Assembly (NCBI GenBank): GCA_044869275.1
Contig: JBIOXB010000036.1
Location: 25,621-89,620, forward strand
Reading direction: 5' to 3'
Length of the DNA: 64,000 nucleotides
Origin: a bacterium
Lineage (GTDB): Bacteria; Zhuqueibacterota; Zhuqueibacteria; Zhuqueibacterales; Zhuqueibacteraceae
The notes under the pieces are model-generated. The model ran no database searches, was not told where the DNA came from, and worked only from the letters and a program-made list of their open reading frames with translations. Positions 10,004 through 19,629 of this stretch are shown here, in pieces (positions within the stretch are counted from its first letter, which is position 1; each line of letters starts with the position of its first letter). The position numbers were made by a program, and so were the translations under genes.

Positions 10004-10777
10004 TCAGCCGCCAAAGTTTTCGGCGCATTGTTCCCAGTTGACAACTTGCCAAAAATTCGCGACGTACTCCGCGCGCTTGTTTTGATAACGCAGATAATAC
10101 GCGTGTTCCCAAACGTCGAGGCCGAGCACGGGCTTCTTGCCGCTGGCGAGAGGGGAGTCCTGATTGAGCGTCTGCATAATGCTCAGCTCGCCCGTACGGT
10201 TGACCACCAGCCACGCCCACCCGCTACCGAACAAAGTCGAGGCTGCTTTCACGAATTTTTCCTGGAACGCCTCGAACGACCCGAAATCGCGTTTGATCGC
10301 GTCGCCCAAGCTTCCTGCCGGCTTTTGGCCGCCCGGCGGGCTCATCATGCGCCAGAACAAGCAGTGATTGACATAGCCGCCGCCGCTGTTGCGGATCACG
10401 GTGCGCACCTCGGAGGGCAACACTTCAAGGTTGGCGAGGAGATCGACGATCGTGATACCGTGCAAATCCGTGCGGTTTTTCAGCGCGTTGTTGAGATTGT
10501 CAACGAACGTCTGATGATGGCGGCCGTGATGAATCTGCATGGTTTGCTCGTCGATGGCGGCCGCCAGGGCGTTGAACGCATAGGGTAATTCCGGCAGCGC
10601 GAAGGGATATTCCGCCGCCGCTCCAGGCGCGAGCCTGGCAAAATCGATGCGGGCCGGTGCCGCCGGCGCTGTAGGCGTGGCGTGCCCGCTCCCAGGCAGA
10701 AGCCAGGCCCCCATTGCTGCGCCAACCATTTTACCCAAGGCTTCCCGTCGTGTTTGCAAAAATTGTCTTTCATTCAT
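10004..10777 (-). CDS. sodA: superoxide dismutase, probably Mn-type, with Tat signal
   Basis: LPELPYAFNAL, HHGRHH, GGGYVNH, FGSGWAWL, NQD, DVWEHAYY. The N-terminus carries TRREALG twin-arginine. Start set at ATG 10777. Confidence 0.92.
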   Translation of the reverse strand: MNERQFLQTRREALGKMVGAAMGAWLLPGSGHATPTAPAAPARIDFARLAPGAAAEYPFALPELPYAFNALAAAIDEQTMQIHHGRHHQTFVDNLNNALKNRTDLHGITIVDLLANLEVLPSEVRTVIRNSGGGYVNHCLFWRMMSPPGGQKPAGSLGDAIKRDFGSFEAFQEKFVKAASTLFGSGWAWLVVNRTGELSIMQTLNQDSPLASGKKPVLGLDVWEHAYYLRYQNKRAEYVANFWQVVNWEQCAENFGG

Positions 10778-10884
10778 GTTGCTGTTCTCGTCATTGCGGA
10801 GTTCGCAGAAAGGCGCTTCGTGTAATTCAAAAGTGTAACCCGGCGAACAACCTCTGGCATTCGTGCCGTTGCCTTTGTTCGTTG

Positions 10885-10985
10885 AGAGCCTCTCTCCGAA
10901 TCCAGTTTCATTGAAAAGGGTTGCCCGCTTCATTCCGCCACGGCGGGGCGAGCATACCCATGAAGATGGTCTTGGGATAGGCTCT
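10885..10985. repeat. degenerate MITE-like inverted repeat
   Basis: AGAGCCTCTC ... GATAGGCTCT ends (1 mismatch) with an internal CCGCCACGGCGG palindrome. Confidence 0.35.
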
Positions 10986-11047
10986 GCGCAATTGGCATGC
11001 CAGCGTGAAACTCCTGGTCGCTACATTGGCTAGGGTCAAAGTTCCCG

Positions 11048-11084
11048 AAAAATGAGAAGAGCTGTGGGGAGGAGCTTCTTCATT
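11048..11084 (-). terminator. probable intrinsic terminator
   Basis: Minus strand reads AATGAAGAAGCT-loop-AGCTCTTCTCATT followed by a T run, downstream of the 11127 ORF. Confidence 0.45.
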
Positions 11085-11126
11085 GCAGAAAGGCATCGTT
11101 GCTCATGAGGAGAAAACGTTGTAGAA

Positions 11127-11519
11127 TTATCTCAGCCCGGAAAAGGCTTCACTATAGGCTTTGCCAACGATGAAGAGAAGAACTGTAGTGCCGAGAATCA
11201 GCACGAACACTGCGATTTCCTTTTCCTGGCTGGCTAAAACGCGAATCATTCTGATTTCGTATGCCGGCAATCGCAGCGGCATTTGCTGGTTTCTTTTACG
11301 ATAAAGCACGACCGTGTCCACGGTTGCCTCGTGAAAATATCCTATTGCCATGCGGTCGTCTTGATAATGCACTTCTACGCGCTTGCCGCGCAAATTTTGC
11401 TGCAACCGCTCATCGCCTTGCATTTGCGTGAGCGTGTAAACCGGACTGGCGCAACTGGAGAAGGCGAAGGCCGCAACCAACAACAGAATGCCGGCGGGTT
11501 TAAAACGAGGTACGTCCAT
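11127..11519 (-). CDS. hypothetical lipoprotein with C-terminal TM helix
   Basis: MDVPRFKPAGILLLVAAFAFSS-C lipobox-like signal and a hydrophobic C-terminal segment. Confidence 0.65.
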   Translation of the reverse strand: MDVPRFKPAGILLLVAAFAFSSCASPVYTLTQMQGDERLQQNLRGKRVEVHYQDDRMAIGYFHEATVDTVVLYRKRNQQMPLRLPAYEIRMIRVLASQEKEIAVFVLILGTTVLLFIVGKAYSEAFSGLR

Positions 11520-11784
11520 TTTTTTGATCAAGAGGCTCAGCGTGATTTGAAGAGATTGCAGCAGAATGATAAATGCAGAAGACAAGCGCCGTGCAACTGA
11601 TGCAGGTCTGCCGCCGCCAGGAAGCCAGTACCAGGAAAATCGCCAACAAAATAAGCGGACGGCAATTTGCTAAAGGTTTCATGACTCTCGTCGCCTTCCT
11701 GAAAATAGCAGCCTTTGATTGAAAAATCAAGCGTCCCCTGCAGCCAACACTCCCGCCATATTTCCGCCCACTTCTTTTCGCCAT

Positions 11785-11811
11785 AAATCCGTTTTTAGAA
11801 TCCCCTCGTAT
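11785..11811 (+). promoter_or_regulatory. candidate SigK-like ECF promoter for the DUF4331 gene
   Basis: AAATCC-N16-CGTAT about 230 bp upstream of ATG 12039. Confidence 0.35.
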
Positions 11812-12038
11812 CGTCGGTGTGAATTGCAAGCAGACTCGTTCCCGGTATTCTCCAGAATCAAAAGAGTTTCGGCTTCGCACTCAATATACCGCTGCAGCGC
11901 CACCATGGGCACTGGGAGGGAAAGAGGCAGACAAAGCCCGGCATGGACAATTCCCCATGCGCTTTGATTCGCCTCCGTGCCCGTGGTGGCGCGGTGGCAG
12001 AACAAATCATTTTTATCAATTTTTTAAGGAGAGTGGTT

Positions 12039-14240
12039 ATGCGTAAACTGTTTTTGATCGGTGCTTTGGCGCTCGCCGCTTTGGGCCTGTTTTTGTCGAT
12101 GCCCTCGCCGTACCTCGACGCTTCAAGCCATCGCGAAGCACCATTGATCAGCAACGACCCGCTGGCCGACAATACGGATCTGTACGCCTTCCGTTCGCCG
12201 GACCGGCCGGAATGGGTGACGATCGTGGCGTGCTACGTGCCTCTGGAACTGCCGGAGGGCGGCCCGAACTATTCCACCTTTGGCGAGGGCATACGCTACG
12301 AGATTCACGTCAAGAACCAACCCTCGGCCGCGGCGCTGGGCGCGGCGAAGGATGACATCACCTATCGTTTCACTTTCTCGCAGATGAATGAGGACCCGAA
12401 CACCTTCTTCAATATCCGGCTGGGGCAAAATTTGAAAACCAACTATACCTGCGAGAAGAGCACCGACGGCGGCAATTCCTTCACCACCATCGTCGCCAAC
12501 GGCATCGTGCCGCCGAATAATATCGGACCGCGTTCCACCACGTTCGCCGGCGGCGCCGGCGGCAATTACGAAGCGTTGGTAACGCCCGCCATTGCCACGG
12601 CTGCGACCGGTGAAGTCGTTTTTTGCGGCCCACGCGACGATCCATTCTTCGTTGACTTGGGCGGCGTGTTCGATTTGGGCGCTACGCGCAGCAATTACGG
12701 CAACAATCCCGGCGATCCCGGAAATGCCCGCGACGCCGTGGCCGGCTTCAATTGCCACGCCATTTGCCTGCAAATTCCCATTGCTACGCTGCAAAGAAAC
12801 GGCTACGGCCCGAATCAAGCCGAAGGCATACTCGACCCCACCTATGTCATCGGTGTATGGGCTTCGGCCAGCCGCCAGCAAGTGACGACGCTTTCTGCTG
12901 TCGGCGCGAAGCCGCAGCACAGCGGCCCGTGGGTGCAAGTGTCGCGGCTCGGCATGCCGCTTACCAACGAGGCGGTGATTCCGATCAAAGATAAGGATTA
13001 TTGGAACGCGGTCACGCCGTACAGTCAGGATGAGCAATACTTCGTGCAGTATTTTGCGAACCTCGAGCTTTCACTTTACATGCAAGATGGCAGCGACCCC
13101 GCGAATCCGACGGTGGGCTTGGGCGGTCTTGTCCCTTCGTTGGCGCCGTTGCGCGTGCAAAGCCGTTCTTATCCTGCGCTCGTTATTCCTGGTTATCCCA
13201 CGCCGGGTTTGGATTTTCGTTATGGCAAGGACGGTGCGTTTGCGGTAACGAAAGTCATTTCCGATTTTACCGGAACTGCTTTCGCCGTGCCCACTCGTCC
13301 CGCGCAAACCGGCTTGCCGACGGCATTGGTCGGCGCCGGTGAGCCTCGCCGCGTTGATATTTTCCCGATCTTTTATTTCGGCGTGCCCAATGCCATTCCT
13401 TATCAACTGCTCACTTTGAAAACCGGCCCGCTGGATGCCGGCAAGCCGTTTATTCACAACTTCCTGCCCGTCACGCAAACACCGGACGGTGCTTTGTGGG
13501 GCGGCGATATGTTGCGTTTGAACATGGCAACGCCGACCACCGAGCGCAGCACCTCGGAGTTCACACAAAACGCTGCTCAAGGTTTGGTGCGCGCCGCAGT
13601 GTTGGGTTTGACCGCAACGCCTTATAACACCAGCAAGAATCTCGAATTCATTCCGCACATGGACGGTTTTCCGAACGGCCGCCGTCTCGAAGATGATGTG
13701 ACGACGATTGAGCTGCAAGCCGTCGGCGGTTTGGTGCTCGCCGCAGTCGGTCTGCCATTCGACGACGCGGTTGCACCGGATTATGCCGACGTGCTCTCGC
13801 CCAGTTTGGTGGCCGAACTGACGTATTCCGCCGGCCCGAGCAAAAACGATTTGCCGCTGTTGGCGGAGTTTCCGTATCTGGCCTCGCCGCATCGCGGTTA
13901 TGATTACGTCAAGCAGCTCACCTCCGGCCCCAAAACCGGCGTGTCGGAGCGCGGCATGGGCATCGGCGTGCCGAAAGGATTCCAGCTGCAACAGAATTAT
14001 CCGAATCCCTTCAACCCCTCGACGGAAATCAAGTATGCCCTGGCGCGCAACGATCGCGTACGGTTGAGAATCTTCAACGAGCTCGGACAGGAAGTGGCAA
14101 CGCTCGTGGATCAGCCGCAAACTGCGGGCACGCATACGGTGAAATGGAATGCCAGTAACGTGGCCAGCGGCACTTATTTTTACCGCCTGGAAGTTGGCGA
14201 CGAAGTGATGCCGGCGAAAAAGGCCATTTTAATCAAGTAG
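12039..14240 (+). CDS. DUF4331 family secreted protein with C-terminal sorting (T9SS-A/FlgD-Ig-like) domain
   Basis: Signal peptide then ASSHREAP, DNTDLYAF, GPRDDPFFVDL, QVSRLGMPLTNE, DGFPNGRRLEDDV. C-terminus has QNYPNPFNPST...SGTYFYRL. AAGGAG RBS present. Confidence 0.9.
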   Translation: MRKLFLIGALALAALGLFLSMPSPYLDASSHREAPLISNDPLADNTDLYAFRSPDRPEWVTIVACYVPLELPEGGPNYSTFGEGIRYEIHVKNQPSAAALGAAKDDITYRFTFSQMNEDPNTFFNIRLGQNLKTNYTCEKSTDGGNSFTTIVANGIVPPNNIGPRSTTFAGGAGGNYEALVTPAIATAATGEVVFCGPRDDPFFVDLGGVFDLGATRSNYGNNPGDPGNARDAVAGFNCHAICLQIPIATLQRNGYGPNQAEGILDPTYVIGVWASASRQQVTTLSAVGAKPQHSGPWVQVSRLGMPLTNEAVIPIKDKDYWNAVTPYSQDEQYFVQYFANLELSLYMQDGSDPANPTVGLGGLVPSLAPLRVQSRSYPALVIPGYPTPGLDFRYGKDGAFAVTKVISDFTGTAFAVPTRPAQTGLPTALVGAGEPRRVDIFPIFYFGVPNAIPYQLLTLKTGPLDAGKPFIHNFLPVTQTPDGALWGGDMLRLNMATPTTERSTSEFTQNAAQGLVRAAVLGLTATPYNTSKNLEFIPHMDGFPNGRRLEDDVTTIELQAVGGLVLAAVGLPFDDAVAPDYADVLSPSLVAELTYSAGPSKNDLPLLAEFPYLASPHRGYDYVKQLTSGPKTGVSERGMGIGVPKGFQLQQNYPNPFNPSTEIKYALARNDRVRLRIFNELGQEVATLVDQPQTAGTHTVKWNASNVASGTYFYRLEVGDEVMPAKKAILIK

Positions 14241-14263
14241 TTCATCCCATTTCGAGATCATAC

Positions 14264-14298
14264 CAGCTCCGGCAATCTTTTGAAAATTGCCGGAGCTG
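14264..14298. repeat. perfect 13-bp hairpin between the DUF4331 and TPR genes
   Basis: CAGCTCCGGCAAT-N9-ATTGCCGGAGCTG with no following U-tract. Probably an mRNA-stabilising or processing stem. Confidence 0.6.
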
Positions 14299-14350
14299 AA
14301 AATGTCATGCCGGACATTATTCCCCAAGCACATGATACTCAGAGGCCAAT

Positions 14351-15694
14351 ATGCGCAAGAGTCGAAAGAATTTTTTGTTGATCGCCGGTTTTGTCGTCGC
14401 CTGGCTGGGCGCTTATTTTTTGCTGCAGAAACCCGAGGCGGCGAAGCCAATTCCCGATCTGAGCAAACGCACGAACGCCGTGAGCCTGGGCGCGGAATAT
14501 GCCAACGTGCAGAAGGCGGTCGAATTTTATCGTGGGGAAATTCGCAAAGACCCAGCAGTGGTGAAGAATTATGTGCTGCTGGCGCAACTCTTTATGCAGG
14601 AAGCGCGTGTGACCAGCCGCCATCATGAATACATTCCCAAGGCAAAGGAATTGCTTGTTGAAGCACTCAAACGCGACGGTAATGATTTCGAAGCCAACAC
14701 CACCCAGGCTTCCTTGCTGATGACGCTGCATCAATTCGAGAAAGCCAAAATGCTCGCGGAAAAGGCAATTGCGCAAAGCCCATACAGTGCTTTTTCGCAC
14801 GGCATTTTGGTGGATGCTCTGGTGGAGTTGGGCGACTACGAAGGCGCAGTAAAAACTTGCGACAAGATGCTCAGCCTGCGCCCGGATTTGCGCTCTTATG
14901 CGCGCGCGGCTTATTTACGCGAGTTGCACGGTGACGCGCGTGGCGCGCAACAAGTTATGAAGATGGCTTGCGACGCCGGCCTGGCCGGACAGGAGAATCG
15001 CGCCTGGGCACTCTGTCAACTTGGGAAATTGTTTTTCAATGCAGGCAAGCTCGATACCGCCAAATTTATCTATGAGGGGATTTTACAGGAACGGCCGGGC
15101 TACGCTTATGCGCTGAGCGGTTTGGCGCAAATCCTGAGCAGCCGCGGTGACTATCACGGCGCCATTGACTTATTGAAACAGATTTACAGGGATACGCCGG
15201 ATCATGCTTTTCTCGAGCAGCTGGTGGAGGTTTATACGGTGGCTGGACAAAAAGCAGAAGCGCAGAAAATGACGCAGCTCGTGTTGGCATCCTATGACCA
15301 GCATGAGCAGGAAGGCTGGGAGGTTGATTTGGAGTATGCGCGCTTTTGCGCGGACAATGATCTGAATCTCGCCGCAGCCTTGCAGCGCGCGGAACGCGAA
15401 TATCATCGCCGCCCGAAAAATATTGAGGTGTTGGAAACCTATGCCTGGGCGCTTTACAAAAACGGCCAGCCGGGAAAAGCCGAGCCAATCTTGCAGCAAG
15501 CGCTGCGTTTAGAAACACAACGCGCCTCGCTGCATTATCGCGCCGGCATGATTGCCAAGGCTTTGCACGATACGCGCAAAGCGCAGGATTTTCTCGCGCG
15601 GGCATTGGCGCTCAATCCCAACTTCTCCTTTCGCGATGCGCAAACGGCACGTCTGGCGCTAGCGGATTTGCGTGCCAAAGGCAAAATGAGCTGA
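14351..15694 (+). CDS. membrane-anchored tetratricopeptide repeat protein
   Basis: N-terminal TM helix and multiple TPR-pattern helices. This is the usual partner gene of DUF4331. Confidence 0.88.
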   Translation: MRKSRKNFLLIAGFVVAWLGAYFLLQKPEAAKPIPDLSKRTNAVSLGAEYANVQKAVEFYRGEIRKDPAVVKNYVLLAQLFMQEARVTSRHHEYIPKAKELLVEALKRDGNDFEANTTQASLLMTLHQFEKAKMLAEKAIAQSPYSAFSHGILVDALVELGDYEGAVKTCDKMLSLRPDLRSYARAAYLRELHGDARGAQQVMKMACDAGLAGQENRAWALCQLGKLFFNAGKLDTAKFIYEGILQERPGYAYALSGLAQILSSRGDYHGAIDLLKQIYRDTPDHAFLEQLVEVYTVAGQKAEAQKMTQLVLASYDQHEQEGWEVDLEYARFCADNDLNLAAALQRAEREYHRRPKNIEVLETYAWALYKNGQPGKAEPILQQALRLETQRASLHYRAGMIAKALHDTRKAQDFLARALALNPNFSFRDAQTARLALADLRAKGKMS

Positions 15695-15818
15695 GGTTTT
15701 GCAGTCTCTGCTTGAATAACCGCGACGGGTTTTCGGTTCGCGCGGACGGTGGAGCGAAGGCATGATGCTTACAGTCGGGAGATTCCAGCGTTTGTCTTGA
15801 TTCTTCTTTGTCCCATAA

Positions 15819-15861
15819 ACCGAAGTGCCGAACGGCACTGGGCAACGTTCGGCACCTCGGT
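15819..15861 (-). terminator. hairpin between convergent TPR and PDZ genes
   Basis: ACCGAAGTGCCGAACG / CGTTCGGCACCTCGGT, 16-bp stem with 1 mismatch. Confidence 0.55.
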
Positions 15862-15911
15862 GGACTGTATGCTGCTTCCTACGGCATATGCAGCATGAGA
15901 GTGGTTCGTGC

Positions 15912-16904
15912 TTACAAAACAAGGCTGCTGAAATCCGGCACGCGCCGCAGCTCGCGCTCGATCTCCTGATGAAATTGATGCCTGATTTCACGATCCGAAG
16001 GCGAGCGCATCTCGTCTGGCATGAAAATATCGAAGTCCTGCGGCGGGGCGTCGAGGTACACTTCGTTCCAATCGCTCGAGCCAAATGGATGCACGCGCAT
16101 GCCCCCGCCTCCAGGCGTGAAAAAGCGATAGCCGGACTCGCTGGCTTGATCGATTTCCACGGTCGCGGTTTCACGCCGGCCTTGGCGCACATATTCGATC
16201 TTCACTTGATCGCCTTCCTCATAATCCTGCAAGCTTTCCATCAGATCTTCCGCACTGCGCACGGCTTCGCTGTCCACTTTGCCAATGACGTCGCCCGATT
16301 TCAACCCCGCTTTCGCCGCCGGGGAATCTTCGTTGACTTCCAGAACCAGCACGCCGCTTCCCGGCTCGACTTTGAAATAAGCGGCCAGATTCTCATCCAG
16401 CTCGTGCACCTGCACGCCCAGGCGCGGGCGGTTCCCCCAAATCATCATCCCTTTTCCTGGGCCGAAACCGTGGGAAAATCCCGTCGCATAACTCGGAGTG
16501 CGGCGCTTGGCGAGCATGACTTCTATCGTTTTGCGCTCACCATGACGCAGGACGAGTAATGTAACCTTCTTGTCCGCACCGGCGTTGCGAACCAAGCGCG
16601 AGAAATCTCCGGCCTGCTCGACTTTCGAGCCCTCGAATTGCATGATAACATCTTCTGTTTTGAGGCCGGCGTCATCCGCCGGGCTGTCTCGCACGACCTC
16701 GGTGATCAACAGGCCGGTTTCATTGCCGAGCTTCATTTTCTCGCGGAGGGAAGGCGTCAATTCTTGTACGCCCACACCCAGCCAGCCCTTCGCAGGTTTC
16801 TCGCTGGCGCGGCTGTCCTGAAACGCCCAAACCACCGTCATGCCGGCCGCCGCCGTGATCGCCAGACCGGCCGCCCAGCGCTGCAATGATCGTCGCGAAA
16901 ACAT
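15912..16904 (-). CDS. exported tandem-PDZ domain protein (no protease domain)
   Basis: GWLGVGVQEL...DSPADDAGLKTEDVI and RLGVQVHEL...DSPAAKAGLKSGDVI. Signal/TM at the N-terminus. GGAGG RBS before ATG 16904. Confidence 0.88.
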   Translation of the reverse strand: MFSRRSLQRWAAGLAITAAAGMTVVWAFQDSRASEKPAKGWLGVGVQELTPSLREKMKLGNETGLLITEVVRDSPADDAGLKTEDVIMQFEGSKVEQAGDFSRLVRNAGADKKVTLLVLRHGERKTIEVMLAKRRTPSYATGFSHGFGPGKGMMIWGNRPRLGVQVHELDENLAAYFKVEPGSGVLVLEVNEDSPAAKAGLKSGDVIGKVDSEAVRSAEDLMESLQDYEEGDQVKIEYVRQGRRETATVEIDQASESGYRFFTPGGGGMRVHPFGSSDWNEVYLDAPPQDFDIFMPDEMRSPSDREIRHQFHQEIERELRRVPDFSSLVL

Positions 16905-17025
16905 TTGCTGCCTCCAGAATTTTAATGCACCAACCTCGTTAAATTCTCGCTGCCGGCCGTTCAAAAAGACTTGGGCCGCCGGCAAAAAGTTTTACGTTTT
17001 GCAGCGATTATTTCTTATATTCAGC

Positions 17026-17052
17026 TAAACAGATTGTCCCGGCTGCCGTCTA
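17026..17052 (+). promoter_or_regulatory. candidate autoregulatory ECF promoter
   Basis: TAAAC-N16-CGTCTA upstream of the ECF sigma gene. Confidence 0.45.
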
Positions 17053-17203
17053 TTCTGTTAGAACGAAAGGGCGTCGGTTCTAACCCGGCAAGAGCTTCAG
17101 TGAAATTGATTTCGTCACCGCAATGCCCCTTGGTTGCAGCGGAGGCCGGCTGGAGGTTGCAAGATCAACCAATGCGTATTGAGCACAAAGCGATCGCGAA
17201 AAC

Positions 17204-17833
17204 ATGAGAGTGGCTCTGAAATCTTCTGAAGCTGCGGTGACGCATCCGGCGCCAGCAGAGCGCGGCGAAGTGGAGTTGGTAGCGCGCGCCCAGCACGGCG
17301 AGGAGGCTGCGTTCGAGCAATTATACAAACGCTATTCCCGCGCGTTGTATTCGCTGGCGTATCAAATGCTCGGCACGCATCAAGACGCCGATGAAGTCTT
17401 GCAGGAAACCTTCGTGCGCGTGTTCAAAAATCTATCGCGCTTGCGCAGCCCGGAAGCTTTCACCTCGTGGGTTTATCAGATTACGGTTAATCTCTGCATG
17501 GATTACCGCAAAATGCGGGCGCGGGCGCGCTGGCAGCCGCTCGAAGATGAAAACCACGAAGGCGCTGCCTCGCATTTCGAATTGGCCACGGCAAAATGGG
17601 TGCGCACGCCGCATCAAGTTCTGGAAAACAACGAGCTGCTGGGAAATATCACCGCGGCGATCGAAGCGCTGCCCGAGCAGCAGAAGGCCGTGGTGATCAT
17701 GCACGAGATCGAGGGCATGTCTAAAAAGATGATCTCCAAAGTGCTGGAATGTTCGCTGGTCACCGTACGCACGAATTTGCATCACGCACGCAAGAAGCTG
17801 CGCCGGAAATTGATGCTGTATTTGAAGGCTTGA
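17204..17833 (+). CDS. ECF sigma-70 factor
   Basis: AFEQLY, DADEVLQETFVRVF, FTSWVYQITVNLCMD, region 4 LPEQQKAVVIM...VRTNLHHARKKL. Confidence 0.93.
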   Translation: MRVALKSSEAAVTHPAPAERGEVELVARAQHGEEAAFEQLYKRYSRALYSLAYQMLGTHQDADEVLQETFVRVFKNLSRLRSPEAFTSWVYQITVNLCMDYRKMRARARWQPLEDENHEGAASHFELATAKWVRTPHQVLENNELLGNITAAIEALPEQQKAVVIMHEIEGMSKKMISKVLECSLVTVRTNLHHARKKLRRKLMLYLKA

Positions 17834-17846
17834 AAAAGCGATCACG

Positions 17847-17879
17847 GCTTACGCCTTACGTGATCCGTAATACGTAAGC
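17847..17879. repeat. palindromic heptamer array
   Basis: GCTTACG CCTTACG tgatc CGTAATA CGTAAGC. Confidence 0.55.
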
Positions 17880-17993
17880 GCGCCGCGTTGGTCCGAGCGA
17901 GAACTGGAATTCTTCATTTTCATGCTTTGTGCAGTATGATTATCAAAACTTTCGCCCCAAGGGTTTCAATTTCGATGTTTGGGAGATTTGACC

Positions 17994-18545
17994 ATGTTAT
18001 GTGAACACGCACGCGATTATTTGCTGGATTACATGGATAACGAGTTGCCGGCCGTGTTGCAGCAAGAACTGGCCGAGCATCTGCGCGCGTGCGCAGAATG
18101 CCAGGAAGAAGCAGAGGCTTTGCGCAAGACTGGCCTGCTGCTGCAGCTCCGCGCCGTACCCGAGCCTGCCGCAGAATACTGGGAAAAGGCCTGGTCGGGA
18201 ATTCGCAGCCGTACTGCGGCCACGGTTTTACCGCTTTCACCGCGCACCATTTTCCAAAATCCTTCATGGTTGGGCGCGTACGCCACGGGCTGGCGCGCAC
18301 GCCTCGCCATTGCCGCTTTGTTGATCGCGGGGATTGCCGGCGCTCTGCTGTCTTGGCGCTCGGCGCCGCAGCCATGGGCGGATCACCCTCTCCCCCCGCC
18401 GCTGGTGCAGCCGGCTGCCGGCGATTTGACGGCAGAAATGGAACGCCAGATGGAAATCCTCAACTACACGACCTCGGTCGCCGGCTCGCCGGATCCCATT
18501 TCCAAAAGCATGCGCTTTGCCAAGTTGGAGACGGCGCCCAGATGA
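17994..18545 (+). CDS. zf-HC2 (ZAS) transmembrane anti-sigma factor
   Basis: CEHAR...DYMDNEL...HLRACAEC (HxxxCxxC) followed by one TM helix. Directly after the ECF sigma gene. Confidence 0.88.
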   Translation: MLCEHARDYLLDYMDNELPAVLQQELAEHLRACAECQEEAEALRKTGLLLQLRAVPEPAAEYWEKAWSGIRSRTAATVLPLSPRTIFQNPSWLGAYATGWRARLAIAALLIAGIAGALLSWRSAPQPWADHPLPPPLVQPAAGDLTAEMERQMEILNYTTSVAGSPDPISKSMRFAKLETAPR

Positions 18546-19462
18546 AACGCGGCTTTCACATCTGGCGCGCGCTCACGTGGCCGCTGCTGATGTTCCTTCT
18601 CTCGGGCTGTCGCGAGAAGCTCTCTTCTTCCGGCCCGATTTTTTTTGAATTCAAGCAGCAACCAGGCGACAAATACGTTTATAAGGTTTTCGACGAGGTG
18701 GTGCTGACCGTTCGCGATTCGACCGGAAAGATCTATGACACGGTGCAACACCTGCAGGAGCAGAAGTCGATCATGAAATTCACCAGCATCGATTCGAATG
18801 CGCTGCGCGACATTGATTTGACGTTCATCATCACCATGGACACTTTGATGAACGTGTCGGAAACCTCACGCTGGAAGAAGCGGAAATCGCCGCTCGGCGA
18901 AAAATACGAATTCCAATTGCGCATGCAGCCCAACGGAGGCATCGTCTCTGTTGCCAGCGCACGGCCGGGACTGACGTTGTTTTATGAAACCGCGTATCGC
19001 CCCAGCCAGCCTATTTTTCCCGCGACCGCGATTCCTTTGGGATATACCTGGTCGCAAAGCTTCAACGTCAACGTCCCCAAGGGCGAACCCGGCATGGTTG
19101 AAGCCGAATACAAATTCAGCGCGCTGGAAAAAGTCGGCGACTTCGATTGCGCCGTGATCGAATTCAAAAGTGAAGTGAATTACGTCGAGCCTTTCAATCC
19201 CAAGGACAAGTGCGCCAATACGCCGGATTGCCGCGGCGAGTATCATTCGCAGACGGTGAGCCAGGGCAAGCTCTATTTCGCCTATCGGGAAGGCATCATG
19301 GTGAAAAAAGTCAATTTGCTCACGGCCAATGCCGAAGCCACGATCATGCAGAGCGGCGCCGCCAAAACGCTTTCCCGCACGGAACAGCGTGATCAGGAAA
19401 CGATCACATTGGTGGCGATCTATCGCAGCGGCGGGGAGAAGCTGGCATTTGACATTAAATAA
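18542..19462 (+). CDS. hypothetical lipoprotein
   Basis: MKRGFHIWRALTWPLLMFLLSG-C lipobox. ATGA overlap with the anti-sigma stop. Confidence 0.8.
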   Translation: MKRGFHIWRALTWPLLMFLLSGCREKLSSSGPIFFEFKQQPGDKYVYKVFDEVVLTVRDSTGKIYDTVQHLQEQKSIMKFTSIDSNALRDIDLTFIITMDTLMNVSETSRWKKRKSPLGEKYEFQLRMQPNGGIVSVASARPGLTLFYETAYRPSQPIFPATAIPLGYTWSQSFNVNVPKGEPGMVEAEYKFSALEKVGDFDCAVIEFKSEVNYVEPFNPKDKCANTPDCRGEYHSQTVSQGKLYFAYREGIMVKKVNLLTANAEATIMQSGAAKTLSRTEQRDQETITLVAIYRSGGEKLAFDIK

Positions 19463-19629
19463 ATGTAATTTCTGCCGATCGGAATTCTATTGCGCGAATA
19501 GCCTCCACCGGCTATATTCGCGGTGAAACTGCTTTTCCGGGAGAGCGCGGTATATGTCCGCTGGCTGGCAATTTACCTTTCGCCCACGCTTGACGACTGG
19601 TTGCGAAGTTTATTTGCGAGGCGCGGTCC

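Noticed and set aside
11500..11682. 60-aa minus-strand ORF with a hydrophobic N-terminus
   Set aside because: It overlaps the lipoprotein start and has no further support. I cannot distinguish it from chance.
18089..18541. Long N-terminal extension of the lipoprotein ORF (same issue for the 21944, 11943, 52264, 5348 and 10933 starts)
   Set aside because: These overlap neighbouring genes or precede clear signal peptides and RBSs, so downstream starts were chosen.
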